A DNA stretch of 64,000 nucleotides, taken from NCBI GenBank assembly GCA_973895155.1, contig OZ316893.1:28158210-28222209 (forward strand). Direction: 5' to 3'. A program made the position numbers and the translations under genes. Shown here piece by piece: positions 13,631-27,484 of this stretch. This DNA comes from Marsupella aquatica. Its lineage: Eukaryota > Plantae > Marchantiophyta. Position 1 is the stretch's first letter. Each line of letters starts with the position of its first letter. Under the pieces are notes generated by a model, which was not told the origin of the DNA, did not search any database, and saw only the letters and a program-made list of their open reading frames with translations.

Positions 13631-16600
13631 TCAATGTCTAGTTTGAAAACGGTCTGGAAAAACCCAGTACAAATGTTTGCAAGGCATATATGGATGTTTG
13701 CGAGAATGTCGACGATAGAAATCCTCACAAGAACAAGTCGGGAAAATACAAATCTGCACAAAGTAACTATTCGGCGTCCTTAGATTCTCATGTGTTTGTA
13801 CTTTGAATTGCTTCCCCCATGAGTTCCCAATAGAAACATCCCACTGTCCCTGGACGGACATGGTCTCTTTTCTTGCAGATTCAATCCTCTTCATGTGACC
13901 ATGGGTCAAGGTTGATCGAGGAAGTGTGTTATTTCCATTCTGACTCCAAAGACGAACAGTGGGTTCCAGAAGATTGACTCTCTCTGGAAATAAGTTTACA
14001 TTGATTCGAAGCTCAAAAAGTGATGGTGGAGGTAGAAGACCGTCTCTTCCTTGAGCTATAGGTATTCCCTGGTCAACAAGATACTTCATCTCAGCTTCCG
14101 AAACATTTGTTCCTTTTAACACAGGAAGAACATCAAGAAAGGAGGGCAGGTTCACTACACCATGGCGGGGACGGCTCCGATAACATGTGTTGTTTGGGCA
14201 GAACCATATCATTTTGGCTATGGGTTCCCCCCTGAACATGCGTTGTCCTTTGACAACAATTCCTATGACACCGTTTGATGAGGGGAACCCAACTTTCTTC
14301 ACTCTATTTCAACACTCATCTCTCTTTGAACTACCGCCAAATGACGCGTTGCACTGTGGACCGGCCCCAAATCTTGATGTCCGACGCAGATGCCATGAAC
14401 CCTGCATGACTTCTGTTTCAAGAACTGGAGATTGGAGCGATGTCTGCTGAAGTACAGTGGGAGTGCTTTGTGGGTATTGTGTTGAACGTGATTGATGTCG
14501 ACCCTACGGTGTATTGAAATCATCACGTTCTGCATCCCTCGAATCATCACTTCCTGAGAGATTGACAACGGAAATGTCATCAGGTTTTTCTTCCGATACG
14601 GAAGCAAACATTGTGTGGTGCAGATTTTTACGCTTGAGTGATCTGGTATTTGGCGATGTGATAAGGACTTTATCATGCTGGTGGGAGTCTTGTGGCGAGA
14701 CAATCCCAGTTGCAGGTCCTTTCCTCTTGACAGACTTTGTTAGAACATCTCCGTTGAGAGGAACGCTTCTCTCCAAGTCAAACTCAGCTGCATTGGAGAG
14801 GAGCATGTTCATCACATCCTCGAACAGCTTTGGGGAACCTGCCTGGTCAGCTGAACGGAAAGCCAGTTCCCATATTGTAGGACCTCTTCCTCTACTCAAT
14901 CCTTTTCGATATGCGGTATTTGCTGCAACCTGAGATATAGCTCGATTATGATCCATTCCACATGCCTCGAAGAGCCCCACTTTTTTTCATTACCCATGCT
15001 TTTATTCCTGCGTGACAGACTCTGATCCGGTACAGTTAGGAATCCTAGCACCTTCTTCAGCACTTTTGTCCTGGAACGACAAAGCATAAACACTAGTAAG
15101 AGTCCGCAAAACATACTAGCGCCAGGCGCTAGGCAGAATATTTTGACAAAACCATCAATATTATTGTGTAATCACATGTTTATGAAAATAAATAGGTCAA
15201 TATTGAGAATCAATTACATTATTTGGATTCTTTGGATGGAATGTTGAGGAATGTCATCTGAAAAATGTACTTCTACAAAGGAATTTGACTTGCATATTAC
15301 TAGCGCCAGGCAAATAAAATTTCCCCACTGCCTCCAACGCATGACCCACCATGATATCCAACTCTGAAGCATTCGGAGCTTCCCAGGTAAGCAGTTACTC
15401 GACTGCCACCATAGGTCAATCTCTCTTGAAAGTCGGTAAGCCTCTACAAATGTCGGTGCGTTCCGTAATTTATCCCATAGCATTCGATGTTCCGCCTGCT
15501 TCTCTTCCAACACTCCTTCAACAGAATGGCAATGAAAATCTTGGTAAAAATGAAAAGCGTCCGTCCTCTCCCGTTCAGGGTTCGGGTGCCCTCCAAAAAA
15601 AACATTTTGGACTGCTAACCATCCGGCTTGGGCATTGTCTGCCATGAAGCCATGAATGGTTGGATTATCCAACCCATTCTCTTTGGAAACCTCAATCATT
15701 AATCTCCAAGCCTTCTCGAATGACGCTGTGTCCTCAGCTTTTAGCTCGCAAGTAAATATTGTACACAATGCGCGGTAATTGTGATCGTAAACGTGTGCGC
15801 TGAAAGTCACCCAATCCTTGGTCATTCATTTCATGACATTGAAGCTTACCCAGGCACCTTCAAGCATCCCTCCAGGTTGCATTTGCCGCAAAAGATCCAC
15901 CCCAGACCCATGGCCTTTGGAAGTCATCTTAAATATGTGAGGTCTGTCTTCTTGAGATCCTTGACCTGGAAGGATGTACCTCTGTAGAAAAGGCATGTTG
16001 ATATTCTTTTGATACCAAACAAGAAAATCCAACTCTCCAGGCCTTGCTGGTCCTGCCTAACACTCTTGAAAAGAGATGCAAACTTCTGTGGAGTAGAAAC
16101 TACCATTAGAGACTGGAAAATCCCTGTCTCTTCAATATCTTCAATCTCACCCAGGCTCTCATACAAAGACTCTACAAAAGATCCTATCGCTACATTTTTT
16201 AATCTTGGCAGGCGTCCAAGTCGGATTGCCTTCCAATTTCTTTTTTATGACATCTTCAACTACCTTTTCCGCACTCTTGCAGAGCATGCCTCTACACAAA
16301 AAGGGAGCTGCTGGCAATAATGACAAACTCCACCCTGCTCAATGAACGATCCAACACGGTGAGAGCCTCCAAGTTTCGGGGTACCAACCCATGCCTTTGC
16401 ATTCCTCCTCTTCTTTTGGTAGAAGTAGTCACAAGTTTTATTCTTGCACTCAATAAATCCAGTACAAGTGACTTTACCAAATTCCTAGTATTTCTTGGGC
16501 TGCACGTTTGCAGTGGTAGGAAATATTCTAGTCCAGATGTAGCAATCCTTGGTTTGGTCCATGTCCCGTAGACGGGATCCTTTTGAAAGAATTCCCGACA

Positions 16601-17181
16601 ATGGAGGCAACTCAAACACTACGTTTCCATTGTACTTCGGAGGCAAACAAGGTACTTGTTCACATGTGCCAGAAGTTTCCAGCCGAAATGAACCTCGAAA
16701 GTTTGCTGGACCTAGTTGACTTGAGCAGCGCGTCCATTGCACTTCTCTGGTATACAATATGGGATTGCGACGATGGCATCTCCTCTTTGACCAAGACCAC
16801 GTCAGGCGCCGAAGGCTCCACAAAGGGGATCCTTGGTGGCTCCTCATCATCACTATCCGAAAGAGTAACTACATCCACCGGATCTCTCTGAGGGGATTGC
16901 CGATCTCCTTGATTTGGTTCCCGAACAACAATGGAGTAGCACAACCCAACATTAAGGTGCCAAAATCTCACCCCATCATCGACATCAAAAAGTGCGATAG
17001 ATTCAAAGTCATTGGCTTCCGTTCCCTCCTGAATGATTGCCTCTATGTCATTCATGCGCAAATCAAACCTTCCACAAAGATAAACCTCACTTATTTGCCT
17101 GTACCTTTCGGCCACAGACACTGGAATGGAAACAATGTCACCGGTGGACATACGGGTAACTACGATTGACTGAGACATCAC
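13631..17181 (-). pseudogene. MULE-like transposase with C-terminal SWIM zinc finger (spliced, frameshifted)
   Basis: FMADNAQAGWLAVQNVF...DAFHFYQ matches the MULE core pattern. CSCEDF...PCKHLYWV is a SWIM CxC..CxH motif. Several stops and frameshifts across ORFs from 13631-14302 to 16660-17181. Confidence 0.75.
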
Positions 17182-18199
17182 AGAAGCCTCGAAAGTGAAT
17201 GAGCATAGGAAAATTATGAATCAAAATTCCACCGACGAGGACTGTTATCGATCCTGACTAACAGTTCCCTAAAGCCGTTATAATAAGACAATCCTCTGAC
17301 ACCATAAATGTATTTTGTCGTTATATCAACGTCATTTACGATCAACGTCATTAACAATAAACGCCATTTAGGAAGAACCCTTTTGTTCTAGAAATATCAG
17401 ATGATGAATAGCGCCAGGTGCTATTAAAAACATTGCAAAAGTAGAGGCCCATGCAGAGTCAATTTATGTGCAGCGCCTGGCGCTATTAATAACAATCCAA
17501 AAGGTTACACAACTACATTATCAGGACTTTTTACGTGTTACATGAAGACGTTAAGCCCGACGTCTCCTTGCTGCTAAAGAAAGGCGACATACTCGACGTG
17601 AATGACGACACGTTTTGTACGAAGTAACAAAGGTTACAGTTTACATCGTCCAAAACTACGTTACATACGTCAGTCCATACTACGTTACATATTAACGTCG
17701 TAAATAAAGACGTTATTCTGGACGCAGATTGAACAGGGAAATCAGCTGATAACATCGTTTAAAACGACGTTAATTTCAGATTACGTAGTTTGTGACTTTG
17801 TTAATGATGAGTCTGTCCAGGACGTATGAGTAGTTAGTCGTGTGAGGCTTGGTAAAAATGGTGTTAACGAGAACGTTTGAAAATAGTACCAAGAATGGAG
17901 AGACGTGAATGGAGTGCCGTTTGTGGTAAACATTAATCTTGTATGGAACATCCTTCCAGGCTACCTTAGTTGGGTGGGCTTTAGGTTTAGGTTCATATAC
18001 ACACGGAATACACATAAAATAGACATATGAAGTCCGGAATGCCACTATAAATGGGTGGCGTCAAAAGTTTGTGCCAAAAATGTACAAAATGCAGGTGGAC
18101 GTCCACCTAGTCATGCATGGTATACCCTAATGCCGCTGAGAGCGGCTCCTATCACGTCCAGACCTGCGAACAGAAATACGTGGCGGTGCCTCCGACTGT

Positions 18200-18388
18200 T
18201 TGCCTCGGGGCCGCAACTCGTACCGAAGTGGATCCTCGTCTGAACTACTGCTACCAGACACCAACTCCATAGCTCCCTTGCCTCTACTCCTAGGGACTAC
18301 ATCTCTAGTGCCACTGTGTCCCCTAGTGGTATCCCTCTCGACACGGCTCCTCTTCCTCTCTCTATGTCTCTCCCTCCCCCCCCTCTCT

Positions 18389-18420
<32 letters not shown>

Positions 18421-20332
18421 CGTCGTCTATGGCTGGTATGACCCCTATCAGTCTCCACTGGAGGGGAGAGGTTAGAAGATGACCGGCCCTGTGTACCTAA
18501 ACTGCCCTCTTGCCCACAGTCTACTAAGGCCTCCTCCTGCGTATCAGGCTCCTCCCCTCCATGATCTGCCTCCTCATCTTCCGCAATGGGTCGTGCCACT
18601 AACCCCTCTAGAGGACTCCAATCCTCCTGGATATGACATAAGGGATCAGTTTACCTCCTGCAAATAGTGGATGCAAAACCTAGTATAGAAGGAACCTAAC
18701 CTGACTATGTAACTTACCACTGGGTGGTCCTCCGGGACTGAGTCCAGCTTAGCCCATAGGGCCGCCGGGCCATAGCGTTTTGAATAGAGCCGCTCCTGCT
18801 CACTTGGCTTGGCGTTAGCTCCAAACTTGCGTTTCTGCAGGAAATTGGAGAACGTCGTCACCATCGTCGTTAACTACAATGTACCTAACGACGTTTTATA
18901 ATTAACGTCATCCAAGACAAGGTATATAGTGAAACTTCAATATTAACAATGTAGAAAAGACGTTAATTAAATGTAACGTCGCGAGAGACGACGTTAGGTA
19001 GGATGAACGTAGGGGGTCTAGACGTTAAATTTAGAACTTGCGATGTTAGAGGAGAAAAACGACGTTAATTCAATGTTCTCACCGCAGCGGCCGAAGCATG
19101 AACAAGTTGTGCTTTGAAGAGGGTGGGGGACTTACATAGGTTGCAAGGAAGCCTTGCCATCCTCCCTGGCCCCAGAAATTGGTCACACGCAGGCGGCCAT
19201 TTGATTTGCGGGCTGCAGCAGCTTTGTCCCCCATGTGCACTCGCTTGCCTACTGGGGTGTCAGGTGCTGCTTCCAACTCAGCCACGATCAACTTGAAGTC
19301 GGCGTTGCTCATTCCTTCTGGTTTCAGGTATTGCTCTGTCCTTGGGCATCTCATTTTTCGAACCTTGTTTCTCCATCTAAACCTCTGATCTGCAAGGTAG
19401 CCTACGATCTTTTGTCTGATGTGCCTATAGTCTATTTCACGGCCGTTCCTAAACCCAGCTTGCACATCGTTCAGGAGGAGCTGAAACTTCTTTGGGTTCT
19501 GCGCAAGATCCTTCCAAGTTGTCCAACCAGGACAGTGCTTGGCACAACACGTCTGCACTCGATTTGTGAGGGCCTTCTCATCCAGAACATCCAGCCTAGC
19601 ATCAAACGCATCCAAGGTGATGGTTGGGAGTTTGTCTCGACTCACAGCAGTAGTTACCGGTCGCGCAGGAGAAGGTTGTCGCTTCTTGTGGGAGTGACGT
19701 TCACGCTGAGGTGAGTACCTCTCTCTTCTGTCTGCCCTTGCATCTCCCTCTATTCTTCTTCTTTTGTATGTACCTCTACTGTGTGGATCTGCATCTCTAT
19801 ACTCCTTCCCTTTCCCCTTCCGTCTTCTCTTATCAAGGCTGCTATTGCTGTTGTGTGTTCTATCACGATGCCTCCTCCGCCTGCGAGAGTCCCGATCCTG
19901 ATCAGGCTGGAATCTATCATGTGCTACCCGGACCACACTCTTGATTGGGGTCCCACTAGGTGCCTGAGAATCAGGCTGCATTCCATTGAAGGCAGGATCG
20001 TCCCACCCATCATCTAGTAGGGACGGGAAGGAGTTCAGAGCATCGATCGAAGGCCCCCCATCCTCCCCCAAGAGCGTTGCATTCTCAGTTTCCACATAAT
20101 CATCGAGGGTAGGAGCATTGGCCTCTATATTTTCCAGGTACTCCAGAAACTGAGACTCCTTGCTTCCTTTTCCTCCCAAGAACTTCCAACTCTGGTTGAA
20201 AGCATGTATCAGCGAATGTGTCGATTGCATAGCTTTACGCACCTTTTCTAACTCCCCTGGATCATCCATAGCCACCAAGTCTGCATCAAAATCTCCACTG
20301 GAAGGGAGATAGCCTGGATGAGCCATAGTCAT
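18200..20332 (-). CDS. TnpA/Ptta-like (CACTA ORF2) gene, spliced, divergent from the transposase
   Basis: 417-aa first exon with an Arg-rich region then QKIVGYLADQRFRWRNK...KPEGMSNADFKLIV...AARKSN...NFWGQGGW, resembling the TnpA/Transposase_24 pattern. GTAAG donors at ~19135 and ~18716. 3' end approximate. Confidence 0.55.
18345..18420. repeat. (CT)n-rich microsatellite
   Basis: CTCTCTCT runs. Confidence 0.85.
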
Positions 20333-20746
20333 TCACTGTTAAGATAGGAGGTCGAGAGGGGGAGAGGGGAAGTGTTGATGTTGAATGTGAGTCACATTCA
20401 AGTCACTTCCCGATGTTTTGTTAAAGGAAAACAGCCGTAGCCCACGAACCTTGGAGACCCGCCGTTACCCTAATTTAACGTCATTAATCACAACGTTAAC
20501 TAGGAGTGTAGGGTTTAGCGGCGACGTTACATATAATTACGTCATACCTAACGACGTTAACTTATTAAGTACGTCGTACATTATTACGTAAACTAAATTC
20601 GGCAACCTCCCCACAACCTAAAAAACGACGTTAATTTTAGGGGAACGTCGTGTGGATGGACGTTAGTTTGGTTAACATAGCGGGATACGTTTATGCTTGG
20701 GGTTTAATATGTTGTGGGGGCCTTTGTAAATTTGATCACAGGGGAC

Positions 20747-23700
20747 ATGGCAACCTATGCATCGGACCATGATGGGGGCAGGCATCATCGGCACAGAAAC
20801 CATCATCATCATAGGGGGACGTATGATGAGTCGGATAGGCGAAGGGATGACTCGTGTGACGATGACGATGAGCATGGCGGTAGTTCTCACCGACATAGAC
20901 ACCATCATCGGCATAGGGGGAGTTCAGCTTCATCGGGCTATAGGAGCAATGACAAGCGGCAGAGGAGGAGGGATGACGAGGGAGGGAGGAGGAGGGATGA
21001 CTCATCCTATGAGGACCATGGTGGGGGTACTTACACCTGATGCAGAGATGACCATCATCATAGGGGGAGGGACAACCTGTCGGACCGGGAGAGAGATTAC
21101 TCACCAGACATGTATGATCGATCTAGGCGTCACCGATCCAGGCGTCGTCAACGCAGACATGGTTCCGAGGGTAGGAGAGGCTGGAGCCCCCATCATGCTG
21201 ATGGATTTGGAGAGGCCATGGCTGCTCTTCAGGGGATTGGGCCAATTCGCAAGATGCCTTGCCCTTGCAGACGATGCAAGGGTGTTGTCTTACACGAGAG
21301 GACCACTGTCCTTAGCCATTTAGGGATCCATGGTCGTTACACCCCCCCGACCCGAGAGGTAATACAATTTTGTTGGGTATTGCAATTATGATAACATCTC
21401 CTTCCTTGAATTGTTTTTTGATTGTCATATTCTGAACTTGTTTTGGTGAACATGTGGAACAGATTCCTGTTGTAGTGCGATCTTCGCCTGTGGACCGCTT
21501 GAGAGACATTGCATATCGTGCACTCGCACCACTCGTCCATCCATCCGATTTTCCAGCCACATTGAGGGAGATAGACCGTGTATTTCGGAGGAGGAGGAGA
21601 GTGTTTAGGATGCACCCTATTGAGAGGGGAGTAGTGGTGACCACTAGACCCCGATCGATTGAGTCTCGTCCACCTAGGATTGTTCCGCCCCGATGCCCTT
21701 TTCTTGATGCATCGGTGTCCCGGGCACCGAGACAGTTGCGAGGGAGAGCCTTGGACATCTTAAAGGACTCCTTCCCAGCCCAGTTTGGACTCCCTATGGA
21801 CCTCCCGCTTCGGGAGCCTATTATAGTTTGGGACCGCCCATGGGTCATCCTCCCCTCCACATTGGGGACTCATGTAGGACTTGGAGTATTTGCTCTTGTG
21901 GATATCGTGGTCCCTACCAGTTGTGCACCCGATGATTTGCCTCAGTTGTTTCCATTCTATGGGCCCAAGTATTCGGCGGCAAGATGGCGCATCTTGTCCC
22001 GACAGTGCCCAACCTTTAGTCGATATGGCATGTCACTAAAGTTGGACCCTAGGTATGCTCAGATTGATGGTTACCCACCTCGCACGGGGAACTTGGCGGG
22101 TTACATCAATAGCACTATTGGTTCTCGGCGTTCAGGGTTTAGGCCAAATGCTGAGTGGCACGAGTTCCATGACCAGAGTCACCCTCGTTTGCCTGTAGCA
22201 TGCACGCATTACATCTTGACACATGCTACCCGCACCATTAGAGCAGGGGAAGAGATTCTCGTAGATTATGATTGGCATTGATGTTTACATGTCTACATGA
22301 CATATTCATTATGGGGTGACCCTTGCATTTTTCATTATTGATGTTTCACTGTAAGCTTTATCACGGAAACCCTTTCTCTAATTGTTATTTGTCATTGCAT
22401 ATTGAAAACTCTAGGATGGTGTACATATTACTCCCACACCTCACCCATCAATGATGACTACATCAGCCCGTGCCTTTCACGTACGTGCCACCTTACATTT
22501 CTCAGACGAGGAGGATGCTGAGGGTCAGCCCCTTGACCATGATGAGATGGACGATGAGGATGAGGAGTACCATGATGCATATGATGGAGAGTTGGATGAT
22601 GATGGAGAGTTGGATGATGATGTTGACGATGAGGGAGATGAGGGAGATGAGGGAGATGACCCTATCCTTGAAGAAGATGCCTTTGCCCACCTTGTTGACG
22701 TTCACTTTGGACCTCATGCACCTGACGCCGAGCACCCTATCATGGAAGTGGATCAAGAAGATTGGGATCACTTGGAGACTGAAGCCAGAACACCACTATT
22801 TGAGGGATCTCCATCCTCACGGTAAGGTTGTCCTAAAATTATCACAACTCTGGAATTTCATCCAGTGAATATTGGGCAGTCTAAATTGTAGTGCCAGGCA
22901 TGCCATCTAGCTACTTGGACTAACTGCAAAAAGTCTGGTGTTTGTGGTTTTGCAAATCCAGGTTGGGTGCAACTTTGTTGATGTTGAATTTGCAAGGAGT
23001 TTTCAATGGTTCGGATGTCCATACAGATGCACTCTTCCAATTGTTCCATGGCAAACTCTTGCCCCAACCAAACACTCTCCCTGGATGTGTGAGGGAGGCT
23101 AAGAAGTTGTTAGCCTCAATTGGATTGGCTTTAGAGACTATCCACATGTGCCCAGGTGGGTGCATCTTGTATAGAGGGGTGTACAAGGATCACACTCACT
23201 GCCCAGAGGAGCACTGTAGGCTTCCACGGTATCGACCAGACACCATTGGAGACAAGATTGCAAAAAAGGTAATGTTTTCCTCAACGCAATGTGAGAACAA
23301 GAAAGTCCAACTTTTAACGTTGCATTCTTTCAAACAACGTCGTACATGACTATGTAATTGATTACTTTACGTCGTCCATCTCACTTTATGTCTTTCCACC
23401 TGACGTTTTTTTGTTTTTATGTCGTATGGGATGCAGTAACTAACGTCGCATGGTACATTAGGGTATGAAACGTCGTCCTTTACGATGTTAGTTTTAATAA
23501 TACGTAGTGTGGAAGGACGTTTATTGTGATTGTCGTCAAATTGACGATGTTACATTGGATCTGGCAGGTTTTTCGTTATTTCCCAATCACTCCCCGACTT
23601 CAGCATCTCTACCGACAAAAGCACTTATCCACACTACAGACTTGGCATGTGGAGAACAAATCCCCACCAGGGATAATGCAATACCACCAAGATAGTCCAG

Positions 23701-26408
23701 CGTGGAAGCACATTGATGCCACTTGGCCAAATTTTGCCTAGGAGCCAAGAAATGTTCGTTTGGGGTTGGCAATCGATGGAGTGAACCCATATAAACAACG
23801 ACGGAAGCCTAAGTCCATCTGGCCTGTTCTTTTGATAAATCAAAACATCCCTCCATGGTTGGCAATGAAGAAGGGTCATGTGCTTCTATTAGCTATAATT
23901 CCTGGACCCAAGGCCTGTAAGAATCCTGATATCTGTTTGGCTCCAGCTTATGAAGAGCTACATAATCTATGGGAGGTTGGAGCAGTGACAACAGATGTCA
24001 CTCGTGAACCAGGCAATGGTAGGACCTTCAATATGAGGGTGATGATCACTCATTGCACCACAGATGGTCCAGGTAATTCATTGGGCAACCCAATGACTAT
24101 TGTTTGCACAATGTCATGTACAATGCAAGTGTTGGGGTTATTTGTGGTCTGAACATGGTTCAATGAAATGGCAGGTATGGGAACAATATCTGGCCTGAAG
24201 GTGGCAAGTTTTTCAGCTTGCCCTTCATGTGGCCCAGAGTTGCGTGGGAGGTACTCAAGACTACTGCACAAAACCACATATGAGGGCAGTAGGGTCCGGT
24301 TGGCAATGGATGACCACTTGCGACAAAACACAACACATTGGGCAGAGACTGAAGTGCGGCCATGTCCTAATGGCCCTTCAGCTGAAGGACAAATTCAAAT
24401 GGCAGAGAAGGTGGAAGCAAAGTTACTAAAACCCAAGGATTGTGGAGTAAACCGACGCTCAGCTATGTGGGACTTGCCTTATTGGAGGGTAAGTGATAGA
24501 AGTGCATGGTTCCTTTACAGCAAATTAGACCAATAAAATTCTTAATTTAGAGATTGCAACTGATTCAATATGTTATTTCAATTTCTAGAGACTCCAGGTT
24601 CGATGGTTGTTGGACCCCATGCACATTGAAGTGAATGTTGCTAAGAACTTGGTGAAGCACATTTATGGGACGAATGACACTCGTGGAGTCCGAGAGGATG
24701 CTGAGAGGGTTGGAGTAGTGAAGAGTTGTTGGATAACACGTACTGGGGAGAAACCTCCTGGTCCTTGGATTTTGCCAAGAGAGGTTTTGAAGGACATGAA
24801 TGGGATGATAAGCGAGATGAAGTTCCCTAGCCATTACGGAGCTGGTTTTCGTGGGTGCACTACAAGGAATGATCACATACCCCCAATAGGGTTGAAGTCT
24901 CATGATTATCACAAGTTGATACAGCATGTGCTACCAGCAGTCTTGCGTTGTTGTGATGATTCCCGGGAGCGTCGTTTACTCCGTCTGACTATATATGAGA
25001 TGTGCTCCATTTTTAGGTATGCTAACGTACCCTCTCTTCCATTGCTCTCTTGCAAGTTCTTGTTACCGCTGAAGGAGCCATGTAATTCAACAAGTATTTC
25101 AAACTCATTTTTCTATGGCCCTATGTGGATCTGATATACAAAATCTTTGATGGTTTTGAGGAGGAACATAGGTGGGTATGCGCTAAGGAGATAAAGGAGT
25201 CTGAGATTCCTTTGATGAGAGAGAGGTCAGCTCGCGTGATGTGCAATATGGAGAAGGTGTTTCCCCCATGCATATTTGACATGCAATTGCATTTACTATG
25301 TCACTTGGTGGATGAGGTCGCGATTGCTGGTCCTGTCCATGCACGTTGGATGTATTGGGTAGAGCGCTTCATGAAAGTGCTCAAGTCCATGGTGCGTCAA
25401 CCAGCTCGACCAGAGGGAAGTATGGCAACGGGGTATATCATGTCGGAGTGCCTCTTTTATTCCGGAGGGATGATAGGAAGTTTGGACACAGAAGCTCCCA
25501 CAGCTTGGGAAGAGGCACAAGATGATGACAATGGTGGGTTGCGTTTGATGGGTGCATCAAAAAAGCGTTCACTACATGACAACATACTTCGCCTACAGAT
25601 CCACAATTATGTGTTGGGAAATCGCCCAGAGATGTCTCAGTGGAGGGAGTTGCATAGGTACATATATGCAACTCTATATAACTGTTAATCTAACAGTAGA
25701 CGTTGTTCTACATTCTATGTGTGTAGAAGTTAGAGTGGGTTCAAGGAGCACTTCTTTGGATTGTGCAATATTCTCATGGATTCATACATTTTTTGCAGTG
25801 CATTCTTGGAGCAGCAACCAATAGTTGCACAACGGTATGCATTATTTCGCGTATGGGCATTGGAGCGCATGGATAGGCTCCTTGCAGAGCATGGACCCTT
25901 ATCCATTCCCATTGATGTACAGAACATCATTAGGGGACCAGGGTTGTGGGCAACGACCCATACACACATGTATGAGTCAGGGCACCACTTTCGCACTTGG
26001 AGGACAGATCACATGAAGAAGAGTACATGTAACTCAGGAGTGTTCATGTTGACAGACCCAGGTGATGTTGAGATTCCCTATTGTGGCACTATATTGGATA
26101 TTTTAGACGTTCACTTTGGGTCATTTACTACTATTGTGTTAGAGGTGCGGTGGCACAAATCCATCATGTCACCTCCACATAGAGCCACCATGGTGAAAGA
26201 TGAGTGTGGGTTCTATCGGGTAGACACGACTCGTGTAGCACCATCCGGGACTGAGGTTAGTGACACTATAGTATTTCCTAGCCAGGTGGATCAGTGTATT
26301 ATGGTTCTGATGCACACTATGAGAGGATGGTCCATCGTCATTCCCATCTTCCCACGATGGAGGAAGGGTTTGATGGCATCAGTAATTGTAGATGATATGG
26401 ATCCATGA
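20747..26408 (+). pseudogene. CACTA transposase (TnpD-like: transposase-associated Zn domain, Transposase_21, DUF4218-like regions), 8 predicted exons
   Basis: Exons ~20747-21358, 22415-22821, 22962-23268, 23568-24072, 24175-24488, 24589-25016, 25172-25657 and 25799-26408 with GT-AG junctions. Motifs CPCRRC..HL, IHMCPGGCILY, EPRNVRLGLAIDGVNP, LDPMHIEVNV, GLKSHDYH, GPVHARWMYWVER. Premature TGA at 21038 and TAG at 23739. Confidence 0.9.
21463..22281 (+). CDS. SET-domain (lysine methyltransferase-like) exon inside transposase intron 1
   Basis: GLGVFA (motif I), FYG, IDG...GNLAGYINS, PNAE, ATRTIRAGEEILVDY (motif IV). Frame is intact. Acceptor AG at 21461-21462 is phase 0. Confidence 0.8.
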   Translation: MPVVVRSSPVDRLRDIAYRALAPLVHPSDFPATLREIDRVFRRRRRVFRMHPIERGVVVTTRPRSIESRPPRIVPPRCPFLDASVSRAPRQLRGRALDILKDSFPAQFGLPMDLPLREPIIVWDRPWVILPSTLGTHVGLGVFALVDIVVPTSCAPDDLPQLFPFYGPKYSAARWRILSRQCPTFSRYGMSLKLDPRYAQIDGYPPRTGNLAGYINSTIGSRRSGFRPNAEWHEFHDQSHPRLPVACTHYILTHATRTIRAGEEILVDYDWH

Positions 26409-26923
26409 CCATAAATGTATTCAGTGCATGTATATATTCGTTATGGCCACCTTCATGTGGGTTTGTAGCATCTGTGGGTAACGTCGTTGTATGACTATTA
26501 CGTCCGGTAGACCAATGTATCTTCAAACTACGTCGTATCAGGCAGACGTTAATTCCAATTAACGTCGTTTTATTGAGCCTTCAACGATGTTAATTTAGCC
26601 ACGACCCCGTTTACGTTACTCCACACGACGTTGATTCTCCACTTAAAATGATGTTAAACTAACTTACGTTGTTTTAGGGTACGTATTAAACCAAAGACGT
26701 CGTGTATTGCAACGTTACTATATCCGCGCGACGTTAATGACAGTGGTGACATTAATTGGCACATGCATTCAAAATGAAAAACATGAGGGAGTCTTTATTC
26801 AGTTTCAGTATGATATAGAGATACAAAGGTCCTACAAAGCACATTGCATGTCCACCACAAAGCGACTATAACCTAGCCGAATCACTAAACTGCCTCATCC
26901 ATTGACATCCAGATTGTTGCTAC

Positions 26924-27484
26924 TTAAGGAGTTCCTTCACCAGACCAGTAGTACTCCTCATCTGCCTTCCTTCTTTTGTAAGAATCACGCCTCTGCCTCT
27001 GGTTCCATTTCTTGCGGACGACCTCTTCCCCAGCCTTTAGCCTTTCAGCCTCAACCTCAGCTGCACAACTTTCCTTGTAATCATACAAGACAATGTGAAG
27101 CTCAGTCGGAGACAGCTCACATTTGGGCAATGTAGGTGGATATGCCTCCCCATCATCTGGGTTGGGCGCCTCATCCAACATCTGATCATCACCTGGATGC
27201 AGCAGGAAGTCTCCTGGATCCAACTGTTTGTTGGCCAGAATTGAGCACTCTACCCAACGGATAGAAATGAAATGAACTGTCTCTGCAAAGTGCTCGATCA
27301 ATCCATGGTAGTCACTGAAGTGCTCAACAACTTCTTTCCACGTATAGGCCAGCAAGTAGTCTGTTTCCGAGGTACACAACTTCTCAATAACACCTCCCCG
27401 ACAAAAGAACCCACGTATAGTCTTGTCCTCTTCACCAAGTGGAAGGAAGCAACAATGCACATCTTTGAAGAACTTGCGCACCAT
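26924..27484 (-). CDS. BRCT-domain-like protein, 186 aa, convergent with the transposase
   Basis: FFKDVHCCF...RGGVI...TDYLLA...HFISIRWVECSI...LDPGDFLL follows the BRCT pattern (GG, WxxxS). Intact ORF with a charged C-terminus. Confidence 0.7.
   Translation of the reverse strand: MVRKFFKDVHCCFLPLGEEDKTIRGFFCRGGVIEKLCTSETDYLLAYTWKEVVEHFSDYHGLIEHFAETVHFISIRWVECSILANKQLDPGDFLLHPGDDQMLDEAPNPDDGEAYPPTLPKCELSPTELHIVLYDYKESCAAEVEAERLKAGEEVVRKKWNQRQRRDSYKRRKADEEYYWSGEGTP

Noticed and set aside
22503-22505. CTCAG acceptor as the start of transposase exon 2
   Set aside because: It is phase 1 and incompatible with the phase-0 donor at 21359. The acceptor at 22414 fits.
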